From Methanococcus maripaludis (lineage in GTDB: Archaea > AGJL01 > Methanococci > Methanococcales > Methanococcaceae), in NCBI RefSeq assembly GCF_002945325.1, contig NZ_CP026606.1, positions 1,110,001 to 1,142,000 of the forward strand: a stretch of DNA of 32,000 nt, given 5' to 3'. This document shows, piece after piece, positions 19,219 through 27,207 of the stretch (position 1 is the stretch's first letter; every line of letters starts with the position of its first letter). The notes under the pieces are model-generated. The model did not search any database and was not told where the DNA came from. It worked only from the letters and a program-made list of their open reading frames with translations. The translations under genes and the position numbers were made by a program.

Positions 19219-19896
19219 ATGACCAATTTAGATTTTAAAATGGATATTGAAGGACTTAATGCTATTTCTTCAAAGCTTTTTGACTGGGAAATCTTAAAAA
19301 ATCTTTCAGAATATATTGTATTTACAGAGTACGTTGGAAAAGGGCACAGGGGCGTAGTTTTCAAAGCATTTAGTGATAAATACGTGGATGAAAATGGAAA
19401 TCATATTATTTTAGCAGTAAAAATTCCAAGAATCGACGCTCCAAAAGTTACAATTCCAAACGAAGGAAGAATCTTGAAAAAAACCAATGAATTTGGGGTA
19501 GGTCCAAAAGTTTACGAGTATTCGGAAAACCACATGGTAATGGAATATGTTGATGGGGAAATGCTAAAAGATTGCATTGATAATTTGACTCCGGAAGAAC
19601 TCTTGTATGTAATTGAAGAAACTTTAAGGCAGTGTCTTCGGTTAGATCTCCATAAAATTGATCACACCGAAATTCAGGGTGGAAAGCATGTTATGGTTTC
19701 AAAAAAAGGAGTTTACATTATAGATTTCGATAAGGCACGTGAACACAGCCCTAAAAACTTTACAAGCGCAATGTCTTTATTATTTGGGGAAAACTATATA
19801 TCAAAGAAAATAATGCATTTATTAAACCTTTCAGAAGAAAAGATTATATTATTCAGAAAATATGCAAAAAATTATAAAACATTGTTTAAAAACTAA
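19219..19896 (+). CDS. Minimal protein-kinase-like protein (COG2112-type predicted Ser/Thr kinase; RIO/Bud32-like fold)
   Basis: Gly-rich loop GKGHRGVVF, an AVK lysine, hinge MEYVDG and a metal-binding IIDFDKA. The catalytic loop is non-canonical (HTEIQGGKHVMV). Family assignment is from memory. Confidence 0.6.
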   Translation: MTNLDFKMDIEGLNAISSKLFDWEILKNLSEYIVFTEYVGKGHRGVVFKAFSDKYVDENGNHIILAVKIPRIDAPKVTIPNEGRILKKTNEFGVGPKVYEYSENHMVMEYVDGEMLKDCIDNLTPEELLYVIEETLRQCLRLDLHKIDHTEIQGGKHVMVSKKGVYIIDFDKAREHSPKNFTSAMSLLFGENYISKKIMHLLNLSEEKIILFRKYAKNYKTLFKN

Positions 19897-19919
19897 TTAA
19901 ATGGATTTATGGCGATAGA

Positions 19920-20672
19920 ATGGTAAAAATTATTGAGAATAAATTAATCGATGCAGAACCTTTAAAAGATGCGGTTTTAATTGAAGGACTTCCTGGAATC
20001 GGTCACGTTGGAAGAGTAGCCGCAGAACACATCGTTGAAGAATTTAACGGTGAAAAGGTTCTTGAATTATACTGCGATGATTTTCCACCTCAAATCGTTG
20101 TAAAAGACGATGGAACAATTGAATACATGAAAAACGAATTTTACATTGTAAAAGAACCGGTTCCAATGGTAATTGTTCTTGGAAATACCCAAGCATTATC
20201 TCCAAAAGGGCAGTACGTTCTTTCAGAGAAAATTGTGGATATTGGAATGAAATACGGAGCTACAAAAACATACACACTTGGCGGATTTGGAATTGGAAAA
20301 ATTTCAGACGAATTAAAAGTTTACGTTGCATCCACTTCAAAAGAACTTTCAGAACAGCACAAGGAACTTGGTGCAGAATTCAGAACTGATGGGGGAAGTA
20401 TTATCGGTGCAGCAGGTTTAATGCTTAAATTTTCAAAATTAAAAGGAATTAAAGGAATTTGTTTAATGGGCGAAACTCCAGGATATTTGGTTGACCCAAA
20501 ATCTGCTGGAAATGTACTTGAAATGCTTTCCAAAGCAATCGGGTTTGAAATCGATATGAAAAAACTCGATGAAAGAGCAAAAGAAATGGAAAAATTCATA
20601 GAAAAAGTGCAGATGCAGGAGCAAGGAATGCAGGCTCCACAACATCAAGATGATTTAAGCTACATTGGATAA
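19920..20672 (+). CDS. PAC2-family proteasome assembly chaperone (PbaA/PbaB-like)
   Basis: The N-terminal LIEGLPGIGHVGRVAAEHIV motif is characteristic of the archaeal PAC2/COG1938 family. The C-terminal part is an acidic, coiled tail. Confidence 0.8.
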   Translation: MVKIIENKLIDAEPLKDAVLIEGLPGIGHVGRVAAEHIVEEFNGEKVLELYCDDFPPQIVVKDDGTIEYMKNEFYIVKEPVPMVIVLGNTQALSPKGQYVLSEKIVDIGMKYGATKTYTLGGFGIGKISDELKVYVASTSKELSEQHKELGAEFRTDGGSIIGAAGLMLKFSKLKGIKGICLMGETPGYLVDPKSAGNVLEMLSKAIGFEIDMKKLDERAKEMEKFIEKVQMQEQGMQAPQHQDDLSYIG

Positions 20673-20691
20673 CTTTTTTAATTTTTTTATT

Positions 20692-21366
20692 TTAAAATCT
20701 TAAACCCTGTTCTTTTAAAAATCCAGAAACCTGTCTTTTCAAGTGTTCATCTTTTGAAGTTATACCTTGTGGATAAACAAATGCTTTATCGTCTATATTT
20801 ATTCGTGGATAGTCCATTTCGAGGGTTACTTCCTCTAAAAGACATTTTTTAAGGTACATTGTTGTTTTTGTAAGATTCATAAGTGCAGGGGACTTAAAAG
20901 GCGGATTATTTCTTGGCAATCTCCATTTTGTTCCATAATATGAAATGTAATCAGGATTTATCAAAATAAAAACTTCCCCGTATATTTCAAGAACAAGGGT
21001 CCATGAAAAAATTCCCCTTGTAAATCCTAAAAGTCTTCCTAAGTATGAAGTTTTAGGGTTATCATAACATACTTTTAAAGTCCTGCCAACGATTCTTGAA
21101 AGTGCTTCTTTTGAATGAATCTCTTTTGGATTCGTTGGAAGCGAAGTTTTTGGCAGAATATTTGTTGGAATGCATTTTAAAGGTTTTACCATGTGCAATG
21201 CACTAAGCGGATAAAAATAGTGATGATTTTTTTTATTTAACATCACCACCCCTTCAATTAACCCATTAAAATCGCATTTTACGATTTTTCCCCTGTACGT
21301 ATTAAATGATTTATTCAGCGTAAATTCTGCAAGGACGTCCTTACAAAGAGCTTTTTTTGGTTTCAA
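20692..21366 (-). CDS. Hypothetical protein, 224 aa, no family recognised
   Basis: Long ORF with a TTG start preceded by a perfect AGGAGG and a 7-nt spacer. Soluble and basic, with no motif I can name. Confidence 0.6.
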   Translation of the reverse strand: MKPKKALCKDVLAEFTLNKSFNTYRGKIVKCDFNGLIEGVVMLNKKNHHYFYPLSALHMVKPLKCIPTNILPKTSLPTNPKEIHSKEALSRIVGRTLKVCYDNPKTSYLGRLLGFTRGIFSWTLVLEIYGEVFILINPDYISYYGTKWRLPRNNPPFKSPALMNLTKTTMYLKKCLLEEVTLEMDYPRINIDDKAFVYPQGITSKDEHLKRQVSGFLKEQGLRF

Positions 21367-21435
21367 AATAAAACCTCCTGATTAAATAGTCGTGTAAATT
21401 GTAATTATGTAAAAAATAAAAGTAGTTAAAAAGAA

Positions 21436-22344
21436 TTAGAATAATTCTTGTAATTTTATTTGGTAAGGACCTAATTTTCCACCGTAGTTTCCAGCAGTGA
21501 TTTTTTTAACGCCGGGAATTGTTACTGCAGCTTTAATTCCTGCTTTCATAGCAGCAGCAACTGAAGCTTCGTCGATACCGTCGATAACGATTTCATAAAC
21601 CCCGTTAACATCTGCTGGAATTTCTGTTCCTTCAACAGTTTCTTTTAACGTAGGGCACATTTTTTCGTTTGTTGTTGCAGCCATGAAGCTGTATTTAGGG
21701 TTTGTGTATCCTACTTTACTTCCTGAAGCTACAATTCCCCCGGTAAATGGTGTAATTGTTTTTTCAACTTCGCTGATTGCGTCAACTGCAGCTTCTGCAG
21801 CCATTAATGCAGCCATGTTGTTTTCAGCCATAATGAAGAAGTTACCTCCTGCAACTCCTTTTTTAATTCCAAGTTTACTTTCAATGAGGAAGTCTCCGCC
21901 CATGATTGGAATTGAGTAAAGTGTTTTTCCGCATTCTTCGCATTTTACTTTTTTCTCGTATCCGTCGCCGAAGTATTTTAATTTGAAACCAACTTTTAAT
22001 TCTTCTGTAGCATCTTCGCCCATTGCGTTGAATACTGCTGTTGTTGGGGCTGTTAATACACACTGTCCGATTCTTTCTAATAATTGGTGTTCGATTTCTG
22101 CTTTTTTAGGGTGACAGATTTCAATAATGTATCCCGGTCTTCCGTCAGGTGTTTCTGCAGGTGATACGTATTTTTCAATACCTGCTTCAGCTGGGCACAT
22201 GATAACTGAGCATGCAAATCCTGTTGCTTCAGTTGCAGCTGCTTTTGCTAATCTTTCTGTTGCTGCTGTGATTAATACTCTTGAAACCCAGATCGGGAAT
22301 CCTTCTGCGAATGTATCTTCAATTACTACACCGTTTAGTTCCAT
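21436..22344 (-). CDS. ftr: Formylmethanofuran:tetrahydromethanopterin N-formyltransferase
   Basis: The N-terminus [28 protein letters not shown] matches the conserved Ftr N-terminus, and the length is about 300 aa. GGAGG SD. Confidence 0.95.
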   Translation of the reverse strand: MELNGVVIEDTFAEGFPIWVSRVLITAATERLAKAAATEATGFACSVIMCPAEAGIEKYVSPAETPDGRPGYIIEICHPKKAEIEHQLLERIGQCVLTAPTTAVFNAMGEDATEELKVGFKLKYFGDGYEKKVKCEECGKTLYSIPIMGGDFLIESKLGIKKGVAGGNFFIMAENNMAALMAAEAAVDAISEVEKTITPFTGGIVASGSKVGYTNPKYSFMAATTNEKMCPTLKETVEGTEIPADVNGVYEIVIDGIDEASVAAAMKAGIKAAVTIPGVKKITAGNYGGKLGPYQIKLQELF

Positions 22345-22426
22345 GTTATTCCTCCGTACTTATTATATAGACAGAAAGAATATGAAAAAACTATTATTAA
22401 TATTTTTTTATTTGATTTTGGAAAAC

Positions 22427-22445
22427 AAGGGCATTAATTGCCTTT
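22427..22445. other. Imperfect hairpin AAGGGCA-TTAAT-TGCCTTT between the DUF99-relic repeat and the ftr promoter
   Basis: 7-nt arms with one non-Watson-Crick position (G-U on the plus strand, A-C on the minus strand). On the minus strand it is followed by GTTTTCC. It may be the ancestral terminator of the DUF99 gene. Confidence 0.25.
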
Positions 22446-22479
22446 AAAAAGAAAATAACCATTAATAATTCCCAATTTT

Positions 22480-22555
22480 TTATAAAAAAGCTTTTTAGTC
22501 AATATTCAAAAATCATCTTCCAATAATATGTGAAATTTTAAGGCATTTTGGAATT
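22480..22555 (-). pseudogene. Decayed duplicate of the last 19 codons, stop codon and 15 nt of 3-prime flank of the DUF99 gene (repeat copy A)
   Basis: Position-by-position alignment with 23063..23138 (offset 583) gives 67/76 identities. The minus-strand reading is IPKCLKISHIIGR*FLNID*, against IPECLRISHIVGRGFLNID* in the intact gene. In 6 of the 9 differences this copy has T where the coding copy has C. Confidence 0.75.
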
Positions 22556-22596
22556 AATTTTAGAATTTAAATTTTTTCATATAAAATGCTAATATT

Positions 22597-22618
22597 AAAG
22601 GGCCCAAAAGGGCTCTTT
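22597..22618 (-). terminator. GC-rich hairpin downstream of the ferritin-like gene
   Basis: The minus strand reads AAAGAGCCC-TTTT-GGGCCCTTT (4 bp, one mismatch, then 4 bp), followed by a T-rich tract. It lies 28-49 nt after the stop at 22646 and is one of the few GC-rich patches in the intergenic DNA. Confidence 0.3.
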
Positions 22619-22645
22619 AAATGATATTTACTATTAATATTCACT

Positions 22646-22954
22646 TCATTTATTTTTTAGCTTTTCAATTTCTTCCTCAACTTCTTCTGCACCTTCGGCA
22701 TAGAATTTTTCTTCATCTGGGCTAAGCTCTTTTAAAAGTCTTAAGAACTCTCCAGCATGTACTCTTTCCTCATCAGCTATATCCTTTAAGACCTCAATAG
22801 CAAGTTCGTTATCGGTTGATTCTGCTAACTGCATATAGAGCTGTATTGCTTCATATTCAGCTGCGATCATAAAACGTATAGAACGAATTAATTCCTCATC
22901 AGTTAATTTTCTGTCTTTTGCAACTCCTGCAAAGGGATGTCCAAAATCTGGCAT
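22646..22954 (-). CDS. EncFtn-type (encapsulated-ferritin-like) half-ferritin, stand-alone
   Basis: 102 aa, with AAEYEAIQLY...ADEERVHAGEF giving E33, Y40, E63 and H66. The spacing E-x6-Y-x22-E-x2-H matches the ferroxidase ligands I recall for R. rubrum EncFtn (E32/Y39/E62/H65). GGAGG SD. The C-terminus is an acidic helix (EEVEEEIEKLKNK). Confidence 0.7.
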   Translation of the reverse strand: MPDFGHPFAGVAKDRKLTDEELIRSIRFMIAAEYEAIQLYMQLAESTDNELAIEVLKDIADEERVHAGEFLRLLKELSPDEEKFYAEGAEEVEEEIEKLKNK

Positions 22955-23062
22955 AAAAAAAGCCTCCTTCTTTTTTTATATTTTAATAATTTTCTTTTTT
23001 TACTTAAAAATAATTTTGGGAATAGTTATATACCAGACATAGTTCAGGTGCTTTTTTGCCCA

Positions 23063-23138
23063 TTATAAAAAAGTCTTTTAGTCAATATTCAAAAATCCCC
23101 TTCCAACAATATGCGAAATTCTAAGACATTCTGGAATT
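23063..23138 (-). repeat. Repeat copy B (functional 3-prime end of the DUF99 gene)
   Basis: Partner of 22480..22555, with 88 percent identity over 76 nt and a 583-nt period. Confidence 0.8.
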
Positions 23139-23629
23139 TTACTTCTAAGCCTTGTTTTTTTGATTACTTTGCATGCATCTTCAAAACTTATCCCGATACA
23201 CTGAATGAATATATTTTCAAAAGGTTCAGGTTTTGGAAATGATTCCAACATTTCAATTTTTTCAGGAAAATCAAAAAAATATTTTTTTAAAGCAGATTTC
23301 ATTTTTAAAAGATCAGGCTCTTTTTCCATAACTGCAATTACCGGAATTTTTGTTTCATTGTAAATTTTAACAATATCTGCAATATTAAAACCGCCAAAAG
23401 TAACGCCGTCTAAAAAAATGGCATTTATTTTTGTAAAATGTTTATCTTTTACAATTTTCAAAATATGTTCAGTCGAATCAAATCCGTCCTTTTCTATTTT
23501 TTTAAACAATATTTCATCGACTATTTTGTTACCCCTCATGTAAGTTCCAATAATCAGCGCTTCTTTATCAGACTTGTTAAACGGCGCATCATCAATACCA
23601 ATAACTCCAATTTCATCTTTATATTCCAA
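23078..23629 (-). CDS. DUF99 / UPF0215 family protein (EndoV-like fold)
   Basis: N-terminal EIGVIGIDDAPFNK and the overall 183-aa layout match my recollection of the archaeal UPF0215 family. The start is a TTG 9 nt after the coaBC stop. The conserved GIDD motif lies immediately downstream, so no later start is plausible. Confidence 0.75.
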   Translation of the reverse strand: MEYKDEIGVIGIDDAPFNKSDKEALIIGTYMRGNKIVDEILFKKIEKDGFDSTEHILKIVKDKHFTKINAIFLDGVTFGGFNIADIVKIYNETKIPVIAVMEKEPDLLKMKSALKKYFFDFPEKIEMLESFPKPEPFENIFIQCIGISFEDACKVIKKTRLRSKIPECLRISHIVGRGFLNID

Positions 23630-23638
23630 ATTATCCCT

Positions 23639-24829
23639 TTAGAGATTATTTACCATTTCAACAATTTTTTTAGATATTTCATCTTTACTTCCTGAAACTT
23701 TCAAAGCTTTTTCTTTATCGATAATCAAAACTTCGTTTGAGTCGTCGCCAAAATAATGTTTTGAAAGGTCGTTTGCAACAATTATATCTAAATTATATTT
23801 TTCAAGCCTTATTTTCGCTTTTTCCGTTAATTCATCTAAATTTGTCCCGTATTCTGCTTTATATCCCACAATGATTTTTTGAGGGAATTTTTTTCTAAGT
23901 TCATCCAACACTTTGGGAGTTTGTTTTAAATTTATAACTTGTGTTTTTATATCTGAACTTAATTTTCCTTCAAAATTAGTTTCAGGAGCATAATCTGAAA
24001 TTGCGGCACATGAAATAATTATATCTGCATTTTCCCCAAGTTCAAGAGCTTTTTTAAGCATTTCTTCTGAAGTGATCACGTTTTCTGATTTTATATAATA
24101 TGGAACATCTTTTCCAAGTCCTTTTATCACTTCAACGTTGTAATTGTTCTTACAAAATTCTTCTGCAAGTGAAACACCGGTTTTTCCAGACGAAAGGTTT
24201 GTAATTACTCTGACTTTATCAATTGGTTCAGCAGTTCCGCCTGATAAAATAAGTACTTTTTTTCTTTCTTCTTTTTTATCGGAAAACACATCAATTGCAA
24301 GCTTTGAAACTTCATCAATTGAAATTGCTTTTGCTTTTTCTTCTTCCATTTTCGAGCCCATTACAAAAACATTATTTTTTTCAGAAAGGTTTTTTATGTG
24401 GGGCTTAACGGTATCAAGCATATTCTGGTGCATTGATGGAGCAATTATAATTGGCTTTTTTTCTAAAAACATCATTGCAGTCGTGTTTACAATGTTATCT
24501 GCAATATTTAGTGAAATTTTGGATATTATATTTGCAGTTGCAGGAAAAACTATCATTCCATCGCATTTGTTGTATAAATCGACATGTTCAATTTTTCCAG
24601 TAATTTTATCCATTACTTCGTTTCCGCATCCAAATTCAAATGAGTATTTTCCAACGATATCCTTTGTTTCTTCTGTCATTATGCAGTAAACTTCAGCACC
24701 GTGTCTGATTAATTCTCTCATCATTTTTGGTGCTTCAATCGCGGCAATCGATGAAGTAACTGCTACAACGAGTTTTTTACCATTCAGTAATTTGGATTTT
24801 GCTCCGTGGAGTGTTTTTGTAGGGTGCAT
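23639..24829 (-). CDS. coaBC: Bifunctional phosphopantothenoylcysteine decarboxylase / phosphopantothenate-cysteine ligase
   Basis: N-terminal flavoprotein domain (KKLVVAVTSSIAAIEAP, PATANIISK) and C-terminal CoaB domain (ITNLSSGKTG). GGAG SD. Confidence 0.9.
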   Translation of the reverse strand: MHPTKTLHGAKSKLLNGKKLVVAVTSSIAAIEAPKMMRELIRHGAEVYCIMTEETKDIVGKYSFEFGCGNEVMDKITGKIEHVDLYNKCDGMIVFPATANIISKISLNIADNIVNTTAMMFLEKKPIIIAPSMHQNMLDTVKPHIKNLSEKNNVFVMGSKMEEEKAKAISIDEVSKLAIDVFSDKKEERKKVLILSGGTAEPIDKVRVITNLSSGKTGVSLAEEFCKNNYNVEVIKGLGKDVPYYIKSENVITSEEMLKKALELGENADIIISCAAISDYAPETNFEGKLSSDIKTQVINLKQTPKVLDELRKKFPQKIIVGYKAEYGTNLDELTEKAKIRLEKYNLDIIVANDLSKHYFGDDSNEVLIIDKEKALKVSGSKDEISKKIVEMVNNL

Positions 24830-24859
24830 TTAAATCTCCTTTTTTCAGCTGTTATTTGA

Positions 24860-26203
24860 TTATATGCTCTCAACTTTTATAACGTTTGTTTTTTTCTCGC
24901 CTTTTGGGTGCCCAAGCGTTACAACGTAAATCCCGCTACCAATTATATTTTTCGCAATTTTTTTAGATATTTCAAGTACTTCATCAACATCTCCTATTTC
25001 ATCAATTTTTTTAGGAATTACTCCCCAAACAAGTCTTAATTTTCTAAAAACTATATTTTCAGGAGCAAGTGCAATAATTGGTGAACTAAACCGGAATTTT
25101 GAAATTCTGAGCGGAGTTTTTCCCGATGTTGTTGGGGTAATCACTATTTTTGGATTTAATTTTTTTGAAAGAGCTTCAACTGCGTAGGCAATTCCGGAAT
25201 ATATTGAATGTTCTTCAAACTCTATTTCTTGTTTGAATTTTGAAATATCTCCTTCTGATACTTTTGCAATATTATCGAGAGTTTTTATTGAATCAATTGG
25301 ATATTTTCCAATTGTGGTTTCATTTGAAAGCATTAAACAGTCAGTTCCATCAAATATTGCATTTGCAACATCTGTAACTTCTGCTCTTGTTGGATAAGGA
25401 TTATTCACCATCGAGTCAAGCATCTGTGTTGCCGTAATTACAAGCTTTCCTTTTTCATTTGCAAGTTTTATGATATTTTTTTGAATTATCGGCAAATATT
25501 CAATGGCAACTTCAACTCCAAGATCTCCTCTTGCAATCATTACTCCATCTGAATGATTTAAAATCTCATCAATATTTTTCAATCCTTCTTTGGTTTCAAT
25601 TTTTGCAATAACCGAACAATTTCCAGAATATTCTTTAATTAAATTTTTTAAATTCAAAATATCCGTTTCACTTCTAACGAAAGATAGTGCAATGTATTCA
25701 AATTCATTTTCAACTGCAAATTTCACGTTTTTTATATCTTCATCCGTTAAATCGTTTGGAAAACACCCTTCTGGAAAGTTTACTCCCATTTTTTCTTTTA
25801 TGTGTCCCCCAACTAAAACACGTGCAGTTATATCTTTTTCAACACTTTCAACGATTAATTTTATTTTTCCATCATTAATCAGAATGTTTTGGCCCTTTTT
25901 AATACATTCTGGAATATATGAAATTAGAATATCTTTTCCAAGTTTTACAACCTGATTTTCAATGAGTTCTGAAAAATTTGATTTTTTTATTCTAATCTTG
26001 TTTCCCTTTAAATCCATGAGTTTTGCAATATTTTTTTCATTTAAAGTATCAAGATATTTTTCAATACTTTCTATGTTTGCGTGGGACATGTTAAAGCGAA
26101 TTCCATCAATAAATTCAAGACTTTTTTCAAAAGTTCCTTCAAGAGATGGCCCCATAGTAACCAGAATTTTGGTTTTCCTATATTCCGTCGATTTTTCAAC
26201 CAA
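24860..26203 (-). CDS. pyk: Pyruvate kinase
   Basis: KTKILVTMGPS, RFNMSHA, DLKGNKIR, MIARGDLGVE and ATQMLDSM motifs. The start is a TTG preceded by GGAGGGG with a 5-nt spacer. Confidence 0.9.
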   Translation of the reverse strand: MVEKSTEYRKTKILVTMGPSLEGTFEKSLEFIDGIRFNMSHANIESIEKYLDTLNEKNIAKLMDLKGNKIRIKKSNFSELIENQVVKLGKDILISYIPECIKKGQNILINDGKIKLIVESVEKDITARVLVGGHIKEKMGVNFPEGCFPNDLTDEDIKNVKFAVENEFEYIALSFVRSETDILNLKNLIKEYSGNCSVIAKIETKEGLKNIDEILNHSDGVMIARGDLGVEVAIEYLPIIQKNIIKLANEKGKLVITATQMLDSMVNNPYPTRAEVTDVANAIFDGTDCLMLSNETTIGKYPIDSIKTLDNIAKVSEGDISKFKQEIEFEEHSIYSGIAYAVEALSKKLNPKIVITPTTSGKTPLRISKFRFSSPIIALAPENIVFRKLRLVWGVIPKKIDEIGDVDEVLEISKKIAKNIIGSGIYVVTLGHPKGEKKTNVIKVESI

Positions 26204-26313
26204 AATTACCCCTCCAAAATATAAAATAATACTTACCTAGATATGCGAGAAGAAAAATAATTTAATAACTATATCAAAATTAAATTATAATAACATCGCG
26301 GGTGGTTGGAAAA

Positions 26314-27183
26314 ATGTTTTTTGAACGGTACATTAAGGATCCGCTACAGTTTGCATGGTCAGATCCGAAAAAGATATTTGTAGGGGGAGTTTTCCAATTA
26401 ATTTCGATTGGCGGAATAATATTGGGACTTTTAATAATGTTTGCAAGTGTAATTCCTTCTTTATTGGATATTGCACCAGAACTTGCATTATTTACTTCTC
26501 TTGGCGGAATTTTAGTGGGTTTTATAGTTGCAACGATTGGAGTAGTCTTTACTGCTTTTATTTATGGATACTATATGAAAGTAATTGAAAATACTCTTGA
26601 AGGAAGCTTTGAACTTCCAGAATGGGAAGATTTTAAAGGGCTATTAAGTAAAGGGGCGCATTTTTTCTTCGGAATTTTTATTCTTCAACTGCTATTTGGA
26701 ATAATAAGCCTTATAGTCACAGCGCCATTTGTTATACTTTTGATGTTAAATGATGGTTATTCAAACGTGTTGATTTTTAACGTATTCATGAATTTGGTAT
26801 CTTTTGTACTTTCAGCAATTGAAGCACTTTACATAACCCTTGCAACGATTAATTTCGTAGATAAAAAGGAATTCATGGGATTTTTTGATTTAAAAGAAGT
26901 AGTTTCAAAAATATCAATAGAATATATACTTGTAATTGTTGCAGTAGCGCTTGTTTCGATATTGGTGGTCATTCCAGTGATTATTGTACTATTAATCCCA
27001 GTACTAATTGGAATATTTACACAAAATGTATTTTTAATGGTCGCAATAGCCCTTATCGTACTTGCAATGCCGTTTTTACAGATGTTTTTGACGGTATTTG
27101 GATACAGAAGCTATTCAAATTATTATTTATCTAAAAAAGAAAGTATTTTGGAAGAAAATGCAGGTACTGAAAATAATGAATAA
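26314..27183 (+). CDS. Polytopic membrane protein, DUF4013-like
   Basis: About 6 TM segments. The N-terminal ERYIKDPLQFAWSDPKKIFVGGVFQL resembles the DUF4013 N-terminal motif as I remember it. ATG at 26314 with GGTGG 8 nt upstream; the track start is a GTG at 26302. Confidence 0.7.
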   Translation: MFFERYIKDPLQFAWSDPKKIFVGGVFQLISIGGIILGLLIMFASVIPSLLDIAPELALFTSLGGILVGFIVATIGVVFTAFIYGYYMKVIENTLEGSFELPEWEDFKGLLSKGAHFFFGIFILQLLFGIISLIVTAPFVILLMLNDGYSNVLIFNVFMNLVSFVLSAIEALYITLATINFVDKKEFMGFFDLKEVVSKISIEYILVIVAVALVSILVVIPVIIVLLIPVLIGIFTQNVFLMVAIALIVLAMPFLQMFLTVFGYRSYSNYYLSKKESILEENAGTENNE

Positions 27184-27207
27184 TTATTTTTAATTTTAAA
27201 GTAAATC

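Noticed and set aside
20658-20672. Possible HbYX proteasome-docking motif at the PAC2 protein C-terminus (...DDLSYIG)
   Set aside because: The Tyr is third from the end rather than penultimate, so the canonical hydrophobic-Tyr-X terminal tripeptide is not present. I cannot claim the motif.
22361-22620. Possible plus-strand small RNA between ftr and the ferritin-like gene. Both hairpins there pair slightly better as plus-strand RNA (G-U instead of A-C)
   Set aside because: No convincing plus-strand promoter-terminator pair exists, since the first hairpin is followed by A-rich rather than T-rich sequence on the plus strand. The region is also largely explained by the decayed DUF99 3-prime-end copy. 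Transcript data would be needed to revisit this.
24144-24689. 181-aa plus-strand ORF inside coaBC. Similar long antisense ORFs occur at 17851..18291 in hisS, 25590..25955 and 25962..26240 in pyk, 20321..20599 in the PAC2 gene, and 21683..21919 and 22127..22447 over ftr
   Set aside because: All are antisense to genes with unambiguous family motifs. All are rich in S/F/I/L with no motifs and lack SD sequences. I treat them as shadow ORFs rather than overlapping genes.
21436-24829. Search for an encapsulin shell gene or a cargo-targeting peptide associated with the EncFtn-like gene
   Set aside because: The flanking ORFs are confidently ftr, DUF99 and coaBC. No ORF of the size expected for an HK97-fold shell protein exists in or near the locus on either strand, so no nanocompartment operon can be claimed here.
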